Source of the DNA: a virus
Taxonomy: Duplodnaviria; Caudoviricetes
DNA length: 64,000 nt
Virus record (IMG/VR): IMGVR_UViG_2896262711_000007
Span: 1-64,000 of that record
Direction: 5' to 3' (one strand)
Of this stretch, positions 27,966 to 38,444 are shown one piece after another. Below the pieces are notes generated by a model. The model had not been told where the DNA came from. It was given only the letters and a program-made list of their open reading frames with translations, and made no database searches. Positions within the stretch are counted from its first letter, which is position 1, and the number at the start of each line of letters is the position of its first letter. Made by a program: the position numbers and the translations under genes.

Positions 27966-28265
27966 GATTGGGAGCCGAGACGGGGGTTCCTGGAGGGGTT
28001 GGTCCAATCGGGGATCGACCCCAACGCCCTCGACCATGAGCCGGATCCCGATCCGTATCTCGACTGGGTGTTCACCGCCTTCAGGCGGCTGAGCACCTGC
28101 CGGTCCATGGGCATGGCGGCGGGGCATATCCCCTGGACCGCCATCACCGCCTATGCAGCATCTTGCGGCATCGAAGATGAGGATGAGGTTGATGATTTCG
28201 TCGACCTCATCATTGCAATGGATGGCGAATACCTGAAGCCCAAGGACCATAAGGGCGGCAATTAG
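27939..28265 (+). CDS. Frameshifted C-terminal part of the tail chaperone (lambda T-like)
   Basis: -1 frame LRERLRWALDW...AFRRLSTCR.MGM..GHIPWTAI.AYA...I.AMD..YL. Confidence 0.8.
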   Translation, partial: LRERLRWALDWEPRRGFLEGLVQSGIDPNALDHEPDPDPYLDWVFTAFRRLSTCRSMGMAAGHIPWTAITAYAASCGIEDEDEVDDFVDLIIAMDGEYLKPKDHKGGN

Positions 28266-28329
28266 CTCTGCCGCCCTTTTCAAGAATGAATTACATCATC
28301 GTTAAAATATGTTTATCTCCGAGTTTATC

Positions 28330-28659
28330 TTATTCCTTCTTGGGATCATTTTTAGACCACAGGAAATCGTACCCCTCAGCTGCAATCTTCCTCTCCATCT
28401 GTCTTAGCAATGACGGACTTCTGATTGTTCTTTCTTCGTGTGGAAAAATCGGAGAATTGTAAATTAATATTTCATCAACACCGAAGATAAATTTATCACC
28501 AGCAAGCAATTTGATATCACTAATTCCCGAATCAAGACCATCCGCCATACGGCGCTGACCTTCAGCTATTACGTCGGCGAGAACATTACTGCCCATTTCA
28601 AATTGCTTATCGCCTTTCTTGTACCGAAGCTTAAACGGCATTTCTTCAGTCATTACCAT
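28330..28659 (-). CDS. AT-rich moron, hypothetical protein
   Basis: 109-aa ORF, AAAGGA RBS, low GC, antisense between chaperone and tape measure. Confidence 0.6.
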   Translation of the reverse strand: MVMTEEMPFKLRYKKGDKQFEMGSNVLADVIAEGQRRMADGLDSGISDIKLLAGDKFIFGVDEILIYNSPIFPHEERTIRSPSLLRQMERKIAAEGYDFLWSKNDPKKE

Positions 28660-28787
28660 TTCCTTTCAGTGCAGCGGTGCGCCTTGGGTAAAGCCGCAAA
28701 TCAGCGTCTCTGCGCCCACCCGCAATCGTATCGCGTGTAAATGTCTATGCCTACTCCCCGTTTAACCTAGCTGTTTGGAGTGCGCTC

Positions 28788-31700
28788 ATGCCCGATGCAG
28801 TTCTTTCCGTTGGCATTGAAACTTCCGAGACTGAACGTGGTTCCAGGGTCTTCCGCCGGGAAATGGCGGATATGGCCAACAGCGCCCGCGACGGCATGAG
28901 CGCGGTCGACCGCTACAACACCTCGCTGGGCGCCGGCGGCTCTGCTACCGACCTGTTCGCTAAGCAGACCGCCACCATGGCTGCCGGCATCAAGGCGCTG
29001 GAGGGCAACCTCGCAACGAGCACACGCGCCGTCAATGACCTGAGCCTGAAATTCGACGTCGTCCGGCAGGCGGCCAAGAATGCCGTCACCTCCCTTCAGG
29101 ACTTCGGACGCACCAAGTTCACCGGCGATGTCACGGCGCAGATGAACCGTCTCGCGGAAGACATGACCCGCGCCATGGATGCCGGCGGCAAGGGTGCTGT
29201 CTCCGCGGCCCGCGCTGCCCAGAAAGAGATCCTCACGCTCGCCCGCCAGCAAGCCGACGAACAGCTGGCCGCGGTCCGGGAGGCGGCACAGAAGCGCATT
29301 GCCGGCGCCCAAGAGGAATACGAGCGCATCAGGGAATTGCACAAGGGCGCGAAGACGGAGATCGCCGCGCAGGAACGCGCTGCAGCCCAGCAGGCGCTGG
29401 AGCAGGCCAAGGCATCCGCTGCATCCGACATCGCCACCACGAAGGCGGCGAACTCCGCCACCCTGAATGAACTTAAGGCTCGGACGAACGAGATCATCGC
29501 CCTGAAACAGCGGGAGTCCGTCGTCCAGAGCGAATATGAGCGAGGCCTGGGAGCGGTTGCCAAAGCGGAGCAGCAGCTCGACGGGGCGCTGACCCGGCTG
29601 ATCGCTACCGAGAAGGCGCATGCTACCCAGGCCGCCGCCAATTCGCAGGACAATGAGCGTCTGCTGGCCGTCGTACGCCGCGGCACGGAGGTTCGGAAAG
29701 CCAGTACGGCCGCGATCACCGCAGAGACCGCGGCGCTCCGTTCTCACGCCGACGCCACCCAGCAGAGCGGCCGCTACTCGGTGAGCAATGGCGGGCTGCT
29801 GGCGGCCAACGTGCCCGCGCCGGCATCCGTCAAACCCGTGCCAGCCTCGCAGTCCGCTACGGACCTGGAGCAGGAGAAGGTTGATGTCATAGCCCTGACC
29901 GATTCCCTCGATAAGCTGATCCTCCGTCACGATTACGAGTCCGCGGCCATCGCCCGGCGCAATGAAGCGCTGGACACCCTGCATGCTGCCCGCAAGGCCG
30001 GCATCATCGATGACGAAGACGAATATGACCGGCTGCGCAAACTGATCACCGGAGATGCTGCCAAGGCCGATGCTCTCTCCGCGCTGAAGAACCAGTACAG
30101 CGGCGTCTCGGAGGCCCAGCGCCGCTACACGGCCGAAGTCGAGCGCGCCACCAAGATCCTGGATGCCGCCGGCGCGTCCGATGAAGACCGCGCCGCGATC
30201 CTGCATGAAGTGGCGCAGGCCTACGATCCGACCATTGCCGCCCAGAAGAAGGCCATGGAGGATGCAGAGCGCCTGGCGGCGGAAAACGACCGCCTTGCCG
30301 CCTCCTACACCTCGCTTATGGGCAGCATCGATCCGGCCATCCGCCGGCAGGCCGCCTATGAGCAGGCACTGGCCCAGGTCGTCGCCTACCACACCAGCAT
30401 CGGCAGCAGCACCGAAGCCATGGCCGCCGACATGGACCGCGTGAAGAACGCCATGAGTCCCGCTGCGATCGAGGCGCAGAAGGAGGCCGATGCGGTTACC
30501 AAGCTTCTCGACCGCCTGGAGCCGACGGCAAAGAAGTCCCGCGAACTTGCTGCCGATCAGGAACTGCTCCGCAAGGCGATGGCTGCCGAAGGTGCCGATG
30601 TCGCCAAGCTGACCGCGGCGATGGAAAAGCTGAACGCTGAACAGGACCGGCTCGGCAAAAAGATGTCGAAGGGCGAGGCCCGCATGAACCAGCAGGTTCT
30701 GGGATCCGTCGGCGTCAACACCGTCCAGTCCCTGGCGTCCGGCATCCCGCTCGAAACCGTCGCGATGACGCAGGGCACCCAACTTCTGACCCTGCTCCAG
30801 GGCGGCAGCGTGGCATTGCTCGGCTATGCCGCGGCGGCAGTGGCGACGATTGGCCCCGTGGTGGCACTGGGCATCGCCGTCAAGAACTACACCGGCTCGC
30901 TGCGGGAACTGGACCGCGTCAACCGCCTAACCGGCAACAGCTCGGGCATGGCGACCCAGCAGATTGTCGCCCAGGCTGACGCGGCTGCGGCTGCCGCAGG
31001 CATCTCGCGCAGCGCCGCCCGTGATCTGGAAACCCAGTACGCCGGAACCGGTCGCATCGGCGGGCAGATGCTGGGTGAGGTCACGAAAGCCACCAAGGAC
31101 TGGGCCACCGCTACCAGCCAGGATATGGATTCAGCGAGCAAGGATCTCGCTGGCATGTTCACCGATCCGGCTCGCGCCGCGGAGGAACTGACCAAGAAGT
31201 ACGGGTTCTTTTCTGACGCGCAGTTGCAGGTCATCAAGAACTACCAGGCACAGGGCAATCTGGAACAGGCGCAGGCGCGGCTGCTCGATGGGATCAGCTC
31301 CCGAACGAAAGGAGCGGCTGAGAATGTGGTTTGGTATGCCAAGGCATGGGAAAAAGTCTCAAAGGTCGTTTCTGATGCCTCAGACGCTTCAGCCCGTCTC
31401 TTCGTCGACCAGGAGAGCGCTGCCGAAAAAGCAAGGCGCCTGACAAATGAACTGACGATCCAGCGCACCAGCCGTGGCGGCATCGTAAATGATCGCACCA
31501 CCGGCCCCTTGCCGCAAATGGTGACACGGATTACCGGCGGTCGTGGTGGTGGCGTCCGAACGCTTGAAGGCTCAAATGACGCCTGGAAGCGTCTCGAACT
31601 CATGAACGCTGAGGAGATGAATCGGCGTCAACTCCAGATGTCGAGCACGCAGAAGAACGCGGCAGATGCGAGGCGTCTCGAAGCACAGCTGATGGACTTC

Positions 31701-34700
31701 GTGCGCGCCACGGATCCCAGCATCAACGCCGCACAGAGCTTCGCTAACGCCGAAAAGCTGGTCAATGAAGCCGTCGCGAAGAATCCTGCACTCCAAGATC
31801 AGGCCACCCGTGCGCTCGGCATCTACAAGCAGCAGTTGATCGAGGCGATTGACCCGGCGAAGGTCTTCGCAATCGAAATGGAGCGGCAGGCCCGCGTCAT
31901 GGAAGCGGCGGCCGGCCGGGCGCGCGACTTTGAGCAGCAGCGGCAAGCTGTGCTCCAGAAGCGGGGTGCTCAGCCCGGCGACAGCCTCACGGCCGCAGAG
32001 ACCGCGGACATCAACCAGGGTCTGGACCGCAAGTATGCGGCCGAGGCGACTGACCGGCACCGCACGGCAGAGGAGGCAATCACCGACGCCCGCACTCTCG
32101 CGGCCGCCATCGCTTCGCTGTCGCAACCTGCCATCATCGCCGCACAGGCTCAGGCTGCTTACAATAAGGTGATCCGCGAGACGACGGACGCCACCCACCC
32201 GCTTGGGGACGTTCAGGCAGCTCAGCAGGCGCAGCAGGATGCCCTCACGAAGAGCACCATCGAATGGTCGGCGCAGGTCGATGCGTCGGTCGCCACCGCG
32301 AGCCTCGCGGTAGCCGCGTCCCAGCGGTTGGCGGCTGCCCAGGCCAAGGGCGGCGACATCGCCATGGCCCAGGCGCAGGCACAGAACGTCTATGCGGAGA
32401 ACATTGCCCGCGGTGTCGATCCGACCCGCGCGCTCGCCCTGGCGCAGGCCGACCTGAGCAAATCGGTGGCGACGTTGGCCGGGCAGCAGGCGGCCTGGAA
32501 CCGCGACATGCTGGAGCAGATCGATGCCGCTCACCGTCTCGCGTTGGCGGAGTCCGTCTCCAGTGCGGCAGTGGCGGAAGCAGCGATCCAGAACAAGACC
32601 AGGGCGCAGGCGCTGAAGGAAGGCGTCGGCCTGGAGTCCGACCGCGCGCAGGCCATCGAGGCTGCGACCCGCGCCTTGGAGGCGCAAAATGCCGTCGCGC
32701 GCGTCAACAATTCGATCCGGCAGGGTAACCAGGATCTGAAGGTCGCCCGCGCCGAATATGACCTGCTGGGCGCCACGAACGCCGAGCGGGAGCGCTCGGT
32801 CGCCGTCCTCAAGGCCACGCTTGAGGTCCAGAACTCCGCGGACTGGCAGGCCGTGCCGCAGGCGACCCGCGATGCCTGGATCGCACAGGCCGGCGCGGTC
32901 GCGGAATATAAATCCCGCGTCGCCGATGCGACCGAGACCAGCCGCGACTTTGCCAACGTCATCACCAAGGGCTTCGAGGATGCCCTGCTGGGCGGAGAGA
33001 AACTGTCGAGCGTGTTCAAGGCGCTGGCCAAGGATATCGAACGCGTGTTCCTGCGCAGCTTTGTCACGAAGCCGATGGAGGGCTGGATCCAGGGCACGAT
33101 GACGAAGCTGCTGTCGCCGACGCCGGCCAACGACAACATGGTGAAGGCGGTCAACGACAACGATCCAGGTGGTTACCGGGCTGCGTTCGAGCGTCTGGCC
33201 GGCAACGCCGGAGTCGGCTCGCTCGGTACCCGCGGCAATCCGATGATCGTGCAGTTCGCCGACGGCAACGCGGCGCTGAACCTGAGCACGGCAACCAGTG
33301 GCGGCCCTATGCCGGTCGCGATCAAGGACGGCGGGCAGGTCGTCGACATGCTTCGCTCGGAAGCCCGCGCCCAGGGCGTGCCTGAGGATGTCGTTCTCGC
33401 CATCGCCAAGATCGAAAGCGGCTTCAAGCAGTATCGCGACGATGGCCGGGTACTGACCTCGGATGCAGGCGCCATGGGCGTTATGCAATTGATGCCCGGT
33501 ACCGCGAAATGGCTGGGCGTCGATGCCACCGACACCCAGCAGAACATCCAGGGAGGCGTCAAATTCCTGGCGATGCTGGGAAGGCAATTCGGCGGGAACT
33601 GGACCCTCACGGCCGGCGCATACAATGCCGGGCCAACCCGCATGACGGAACACCTGCGGGACGGTCGGGCATTGCCCGCCGAAGCCGTCAAATACATGGG
33701 AGACTTCGGGGCCACCATCAAATCGGCCAACACGGACGTTGCGTCTCTCACCGCCCGCGTCACAGGAGCAACTCGCGCTACCGAAGGCGTCACCGCTGCC
33801 CAGGAGTCCGCGCTCCAGGCGCAGTTCGATGCGATCGACGCTCAGAAGTCGTCCACCAGCACGGTCCAAACCCTCAACGATTCCCAGCAGACGCTGGTGG
33901 ACTCAGTGCTGGGCATCTCCCACGCCAACGAAAACGCCAGCCAAAGCGCAGTCTCTGTCGCCAACGATCTGACCTCTGCCGCCGTCGGCGCCGTGACCTT
34001 CGGTGATGCGGCTGCGACGGGGGCAGACAGCTTCCTGGGCAGTATCAAGAAGCTGGTCAGCGGTGCGTCCGACTTCTTCGGCGACATCCTCGGTATCGGG
34101 CAATCCAGCCAGCAGAAGGTCATCAAGAACTCTGACGGGAGCACCAGCTTCGCGCCGGCTACCAAGGGTGTCGGTGGCTCGTGGCTGTCCTCTCCCGTGT
34201 TTGGGCAAAGCGAATCCGCCCGGCCAGATTCCAACTTCGTCGGCCCGATGCCTGGCAGGGCTGCTGAAGGGATCGGCGGGTGGAATCCGAGCTGGGGACA
34301 GGTGATCCAGGGAATCGGCGGCATTGCCTCGGGTGCCGCGATGGCAACGCAGAAAGGGGCCAGCGTTGGGCAGCAGATCGGCGGGGGCCTGACTGCGGCC
34401 GGCGGTATCGCCGCGATGATCCCCGGTGGCCAGATCGTCGGCGGCGTCATGATGGCGGCCGGCGCGTTGCTGTCGGCCGTTACCGGGGCGAAGGATCGAG
34501 GTGAGAAGTACAGCATCAGCCACATCACCTTGGGCGCCAACGGCAAGTATGCACTCGGCAGTTACGCCGAAGACAATGGGGGCGATCCGACAAGGTTTAA
34601 CAGCGACGCCACCAAAGTCGCCAAGGGGCTGAACGACATCATCGCCCGGCTGAACCTGACTGCGACTGGCAAGGACAGCTACATCGATAGCAAGAACAAG

Positions 34701-37700
34701 TCGGCTGAACAGGCCGCGCTTGATCTGCTGAAGGGGATGCGATCCGGTGTCCCTGAGATCGCATATGCGATTGCGCATGAAAGCGCCGTAATCCTTGAAG
34801 ATATGCTGTCGCACCTGGAGTTCGCGAACAGCTTCAACAACCAAGTCCAGTCGCTGCGCTCGTCCATCTCCGACCTCTTCTCGCAGTTCCAAACGGGGGT
34901 CGAAGCGGGTAACACACTCGGCCGCACCCTGCTGGATTTCGTCAACAACGCCCAGACGGTCTTTGCGGTCAGTTCCGGCGCCAAGCTGCCCGGCTTCGCG
35001 ACGGGCACGCTCTCGGCTCCTTCCGGGTGGGCCATCGTCGGTGAGGAAGGCCCGGAGCTGGTCCGCCTCTCTGGCGGCGAACGCATCTGGAACGCGCGGG
35101 AATCCGCCCAGATGTTGGCCGCGCAGGGTGTCGGAGCGGACACGCAACTGGTGCATGTCCGGTCCGATGAACTGGCCTGGATGGACCGCATGCTGGGCGG
35201 TCGCCGCACTAACCCAACAACCGGCCTCCCGATGTATCTGGAAGGCGACACGGGCGGGGTTGGCGACACCGGCGGTCATAGCGGCGGCGGCCACAATAGC
35301 AACGGCTCCGGGCCGACGGGCGGCGAGAATGCCGCCACTGGCTCGGCCTACGGCAGCACGGCTGACCGGGACGCGGCCTATGGGGGTGGCTGGGGCACCT
35401 CGTCCGGCGGTGGCGGTGGCGTGATCGACACCATCAGCGGGTGGGTTTCGGCCGTCACCGGCTGGATGTCGGAGCTTGCCGGCTGGCAGGCCGACACTGC
35501 CGAAAACACCCAGGCGCAGACGCAGACCATGGCCGCTGTTGCAGGCCTCGGCCCGACCGCCGTTGCTGCCGCCCTGTCGGCTGCCGCCCAGGTCGCCGGC
35601 ACCGGCCTGACCGGCATGCTGGAGGCCCTGACCGGCGAAAAGGGCACCGCCGCCGCAGTCAGCCATGACTACGGTGACCAGACCAGCGCCGTGTCGGGCA
35701 CCGCTGGCACCATCGGCGAGCGGGCCGTGGCCGCCAACGGTGGGCGGGGGTCCTTCGGAGCGTGGCAGGGCGCCTCCGCGACGGAGATCGACAGCACGTT
35801 GAAGGCGCTCGCCGATGCGCTGAAGGCTGATCCGACCGGCAAGCTGACGACCGAAATGGTCGGGGCTTCTCGTGTCGGCGATCCGGGCAGCGGCGGGATC
35901 AGTGTGCAGCAACTGGCCGACAACCCGTCGTGGATCATGCGTAATGAGGTGGGCGACCCCTCGTTGGCACTGAAGGAACTGGACACGGCGGCCCAGCAGC
36001 TTCTCGCCGCCACCGGTGCGATTCCGGAGGTGTTGCAGCGCGCGCTGGACGGAGCCAACGCAACGGCGGCTTCGTTCGGCATTCCGACCGCGACCGCCGC
36101 CCGGCAGGTTCAGGAGGAGGCGGAGCGGCAGAAGGCTGGGAAGCTTGAGGAACAGTTTAACGCCGTGGGGTTGGTCCGGAGCCGGGTGTCGGAGTTGAAC
36201 GACATCGTCACCTCGCTCGGCAACAACACCTTCAACGCGGTCGGCAAGGACTTCGACGCCCTGGCCGGCGACATGCGGAAAGCAGCCGACGCCTATATCG
36301 CCGCCGGGCAGGCGGTGCCCGACGGCCTCTATGGGGCCATGAAGCAGATGGAGGCCCTGGGCGCGGTCAAGAAGCGCCTGATGGATGAGGTATCGGGCGT
36401 CACCGTCGAGACATCACCCGAACAGAAGAAGGTCGAGCAACTCCGCGGCAAGTGGTCGAACACGGCCACGGATCTCGTTAAAGCCTTCGCGTCGGTGGGT
36501 ATCGTCGGCGACGAACTCGCTGCGAAGCTCAACGAAGGTTTCGCCAACGGACTGAAGAAGGAACAGGGCGATTACAGCGATACCCTGAATGTAGCTTTCC
36601 GGAAATCGAAGGGAGAGGAGGGATACGACAGCGCGGCCACGCTCATCAAATCATACAAGACCGCTGTCGATGATGTGAACGTGCTTTGGCCGGAAGGTGC
36701 CGCCCGCGCCGGACAGATGGCCAAGGTCACCGGCACGCTGACCAACGGCATGTCCGGCTTGGTCAAATCGGGCAGCATCACCAGCACCAGCTTGCAGGAG
36801 ATCATCTCCAACTTCTCGGACATGCCGGAGGTGGTCAGCGCGGCGAGCACAGCACTCCAGAAGCTGAACGATGCCACCGCAGAAGCGGTCAAGACGTTCA
36901 ATTCGGGCGTCGATTCCCGGATGTACGCCGCCTTGGGCAACAGTCGTGGGTCCGGGCTGATCACTCTTGATGAGCAGCAGCGCCAAGAACTGCTGAAGGC
37001 GAAAGAGGATGGGCGTGATACGAGCCAGCTGATTCAGGTCCAGGCGGCGGAGCGGGCCGCAAAAGCCTTCGAGCTGGCTCAGCAGGATGTGTTGGGTTCC
37101 TACGACCAGCAGATCAGCGCCCAGCAGGACCTGATCACGAACCTCCAGGAGGGAGCAGTCGCCGCGGCGAATGTCGCCCGGCAGTTCCGTCAGGCCTACG
37201 ACAGCCTGGCGCTCAACGACAACAGCCCGCTCTCGGCTTACGAAAAGCTGGTCGAATCCCGCCGGCAGTTCGAAGCCGCTTACACCACCGCAACCAGCAG
37301 CACCGCCACCGACACGGAGAAGACGGCGGCGCAGCAACTGCTTCAGCAACTCGGTCCGACCGTGGTCCAGTTGGCGAACGCATATTTCGCCAACAGCGAC
37401 AGAACGGACTACGACCGGGTCCGGACCGTGTTCGATCAACTTGGGACGGTCCCGACCAACGCCGATCTCGGAACGCCTGAGAAGCAGCTTCAGACGGCTC
37501 AGGACGCCTTGAAGGAGTTGCAGCGGCAGCGTGCCGAGGCTGCCCGGATCGGAGAGCGTCAGTATGGCGCGATGACCGGCCTGAAGGATGTCATGGACCA
37601 GAGCTATGCCGTCTGGCAGGCGGCCCTCGGCCCGCTCAAGGCACTCACCGGTACCAACGACAACACCCCACGCTACAGCGCGTCCGCAGCGGTGCAGACG

Positions 37701-38444
37701 GCTTGGGATGGGTTGTCGGCGGAGCAGCAACACGGTGTCGCCCGCGCCATGGGCTGGGGCGGTGATATCGACAGCGCCTTCAATCTCTGGCTGGCGACCG
37801 ACAAGACGCGCGCTTCAACCTTCGAAGCGAACGTCAGCACGGTCGGCGGTGGGGCGCGTTATGCAGCACCGGAGGACATCCAACGGGCGTGGGACGCCCT
37901 ATCCACCGCGCAGCAGGCCGCTGCGGTCAAAGCGGCCGGTTACGACGGTGGGGTTGACGCGGGTCTCAACGCCTGGGTCCGCCTGGGTCACGCCTCCTCC
38001 TTCGAGGCGGCCGTGCGGTCTGCTGCTCATGGTGCCGGTGTCCCAGGCTTTGCCACCGGCACCATGTCTACCCCGCCCGGTGCCGTGTGGGTGGGTGAAC
38101 GCGGGCCGGAGCTGCTGTGGCAGGGCGGCGGCGCGGCGGTCGCGGCGTCGGTCGATAGCATGCGGATCTACGACATGTGGCAGTCCGCGGCCAACGACCG
38201 CGTTTCGGCCGGCATCGCAGACCGTGGCTCGGCGCCGCAGGCACCGGAGCGCTTCGACCTGTCCCCGCTGGTCCGACAGGTCGCGGAACTCACCCGTGAA
38301 GTGAAGGAACTTCGGGCCGAGCGGAACAAGGATGCCCGCCGGAAGGAAGCTCTCGACGAACAGGCCATCATCATCAACCAAACCGGTCATGAGCGCACGG
38401 AAACTGCGCTCCGCCGGCAGAGAGACCGGGACCGCGCGGCATGA
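28788..38444 (+). CDS. Tape measure protein with lambda-type TMP domain and lytic transglycosylase (SLT) domain
   Basis: 3218 aa, Ala-rich helical; QSLASG.P..TVA.TQG.Q; SLT motifs IESG, GAMGVMQLMP.TA, AGAYNAGP (~33340-33700). Confidence 0.92.
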   Translation: MPDAVLSVGIETSETERGSRVFRREMADMANSARDGMSAVDRYNTSLGAGGSATDLFAKQTATMAAGIKALEGNLATSTRAVNDLSLKFDVVRQAAKNAVTSLQDFGRTKFTGDVTAQMNRLAEDMTRAMDAGGKGAVSAARAAQKEILTLARQQADEQLAAVREAAQKRIAGAQEEYERIRELHKGAKTEIAAQERAAAQQALEQAKASAASDIATTKAANSATLNELKARTNEIIALKQRESVVQSEYERGLGAVAKAEQQLDGALTRLIATEKAHATQAAANSQDNERLLAVVRRGTEVRKASTAAITAETAALRSHADATQQSGRYSVSNGGLLAANVPAPASVKPVPASQSATDLEQEKVDVIALTDSLDKLILRHDYESAAIARRNEALDTLHAARKAGIIDDEDEYDRLRKLITGDAAKADALSALKNQYSGVSEAQRRYTAEVERATKILDAAGASDEDRAAILHEVAQAYDPTIAAQKKAMEDAERLAAENDRLAASYTSLMGSIDPAIRRQAAYEQALAQVVAYHTSIGSSTEAMAADMDRVKNAMSPAAIEAQKEADAVTKLLDRLEPTAKKSRELAADQELLRKAMAAEGADVAKLTAAMEKLNAEQDRLGKKMSKGEARMNQQVLGSVGVNTVQSLASGIPLETVAMTQGTQLLTLLQGGSVALLGYAAAAVATIGPVVALGIAVKNYTGSLRELDRVNRLTGNSSGMATQQIVAQADAAAAAAGISRSAARDLETQYAGTGRIGGQMLGEVTKATKDWATATSQDMDSASKDLAGMFTDPARAAEELTKKYGFFSDAQLQVIKNYQAQGNLEQAQARLLDGISSRTKGAAENVVWYAKAWEKVSKVVSDASDASARLFVDQESAAEKARRLTNELTIQRTSRGGIVNDRTTGPLPQMVTRITGGRGGGVRTLEGSNDAWKRLELMNAEEMNRRQLQMSSTQKNAADARRLEAQLMDFVRATDPSINAAQSFANAEKLVNEAVAKNPALQDQATRALGIYKQQLIEAIDPAKVFAIEMERQARVMEAAAGRARDFEQQRQAVLQKRGAQPGDSLTAAETADINQGLDRKYAAEATDRHRTAEEAITDARTLAAAIASLSQPAIIAAQAQAAYNKVIRETTDATHPLGDVQAAQQAQQDALTKSTIEWSAQVDASVATASLAVAASQRLAAAQAKGGDIAMAQAQAQNVYAENIARGVDPTRALALAQADLSKSVATLAGQQAAWNRDMLEQIDAAHRLALAESVSSAAVAEAAIQNKTRAQALKEGVGLESDRAQAIEAATRALEAQNAVARVNNSIRQGNQDLKVARAEYDLLGATNAERERSVAVLKATLEVQNSADWQAVPQATRDAWIAQAGAVAEYKSRVADATETSRDFANVITKGFEDALLGGEKLSSVFKALAKDIERVFLRSFVTKPMEGWIQGTMTKLLSPTPANDNMVKAVNDNDPGGYRAAFERLAGNAGVGSLGTRGNPMIVQFADGNAALNLSTATSGGPMPVAIKDGGQVVDMLRSEARAQGVPEDVVLAIAKIESGFKQYRDDGRVLTSDAGAMGVMQLMPGTAKWLGVDATDTQQNIQGGVKFLAMLGRQFGGNWTLTAGAYNAGPTRMTEHLRDGRALPAEAVKYMGDFGATIKSANTDVASLTARVTGATRATEGVTAAQESALQAQFDAIDAQKSSTSTVQTLNDSQQTLVDSVLGISHANENASQSAVSVANDLTSAAVGAVTFGDAAATGADSFLGSIKKLVSGASDFFGDILGIGQSSQQKVIKNSDGSTSFAPATKGVGGSWLSSPVFGQSESARPDSNFVGPMPGRAAEGIGGWNPSWGQVIQGIGGIASGAAMATQKGASVGQQIGGGLTAAGGIAAMIPGGQIVGGVMMAAGALLSAVTGAKDRGEKYSISHITLGANGKYALGSYAEDNGGDPTRFNSDATKVAKGLNDIIARLNLTATGKDSYIDSKNKSAEQAALDLLKGMRSGVPEIAYAIAHESAVILEDMLSHLEFANSFNNQVQSLRSSISDLFSQFQTGVEAGNTLGRTLLDFVNNAQTVFAVSSGAKLPGFATGTLSAPSGWAIVGEEGPELVRLSGGERIWNARESAQMLAAQGVGADTQLVHVRSDELAWMDRMLGGRRTNPTTGLPMYLEGDTGGVGDTGGHSGGGHNSNGSGPTGGENAATGSAYGSTADRDAAYGGGWGTSSGGGGGVIDTISGWVSAVTGWMSELAGWQADTAENTQAQTQTMAAVAGLGPTAVAAALSAAAQVAGTGLTGMLEALTGEKGTAAAVSHDYGDQTSAVSGTAGTIGERAVAANGGRGSFGAWQGASATEIDSTLKALADALKADPTGKLTTEMVGASRVGDPGSGGISVQQLADNPSWIMRNEVGDPSLALKELDTAAQQLLAATGAIPEVLQRALDGANATAASFGIPTATAARQVQEEAERQKAGKLEEQFNAVGLVRSRVSELNDIVTSLGNNTFNAVGKDFDALAGDMRKAADAYIAAGQAVPDGLYGAMKQMEALGAVKKRLMDEVSGVTVETSPEQKKVEQLRGKWSNTATDLVKAFASVGIVGDELAAKLNEGFANGLKKEQGDYSDTLNVAFRKSKGEEGYDSAATLIKSYKTAVDDVNVLWPEGAARAGQMAKVTGTLTNGMSGLVKSGSITSTSLQEIISNFSDMPEVVSAASTALQKLNDATAEAVKTFNSGVDSRMYAALGNSRGSGLITLDEQQRQELLKAKEDGRDTSQLIQVQAAERAAKAFELAQQDVLGSYDQQISAQQDLITNLQEGAVAAANVARQFRQAYDSLALNDNSPLSAYEKLVESRRQFEAAYTTATSSTATDTEKTAAQQLLQQLGPTVVQLANAYFANSDRTDYDRVRTVFDQLGTVPTNADLGTPEKQLQTAQDALKELQRQRAEAARIGERQYGAMTGLKDVMDQSYAVWQAALGPLKALTGTNDNTPRYSASAAVQTAWDGLSAEQQHGVARAMGWGGDIDSAFNLWLATDKTRASTFEANVSTVGGGARYAAPEDIQRAWDALSTAQQAAAVKAAGYDGGVDAGLNAWVRLGHASSFEAAVRSAAHGAGVPGFATGTMSTPPGAVWVGERGPELLWQGGGAAVAASVDSMRIYDMWQSAANDRVSAGIADRGSAPQAPERFDLSPLVRQVAELTREVKELRAERNKDARRKEALDEQAIIINQTGHERTETALRRQRDRDRAA

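Noticed and set aside
28767-35912. Long antisense ORFs (671, 765 and 669 aa) opposite the tape measure
   Set aside because: Shadow ORFs from GC3-rich coding on the plus strand; no motifs. The same applies to 18417-19991, 14930-16330, 25441-26793 and 41307-42716
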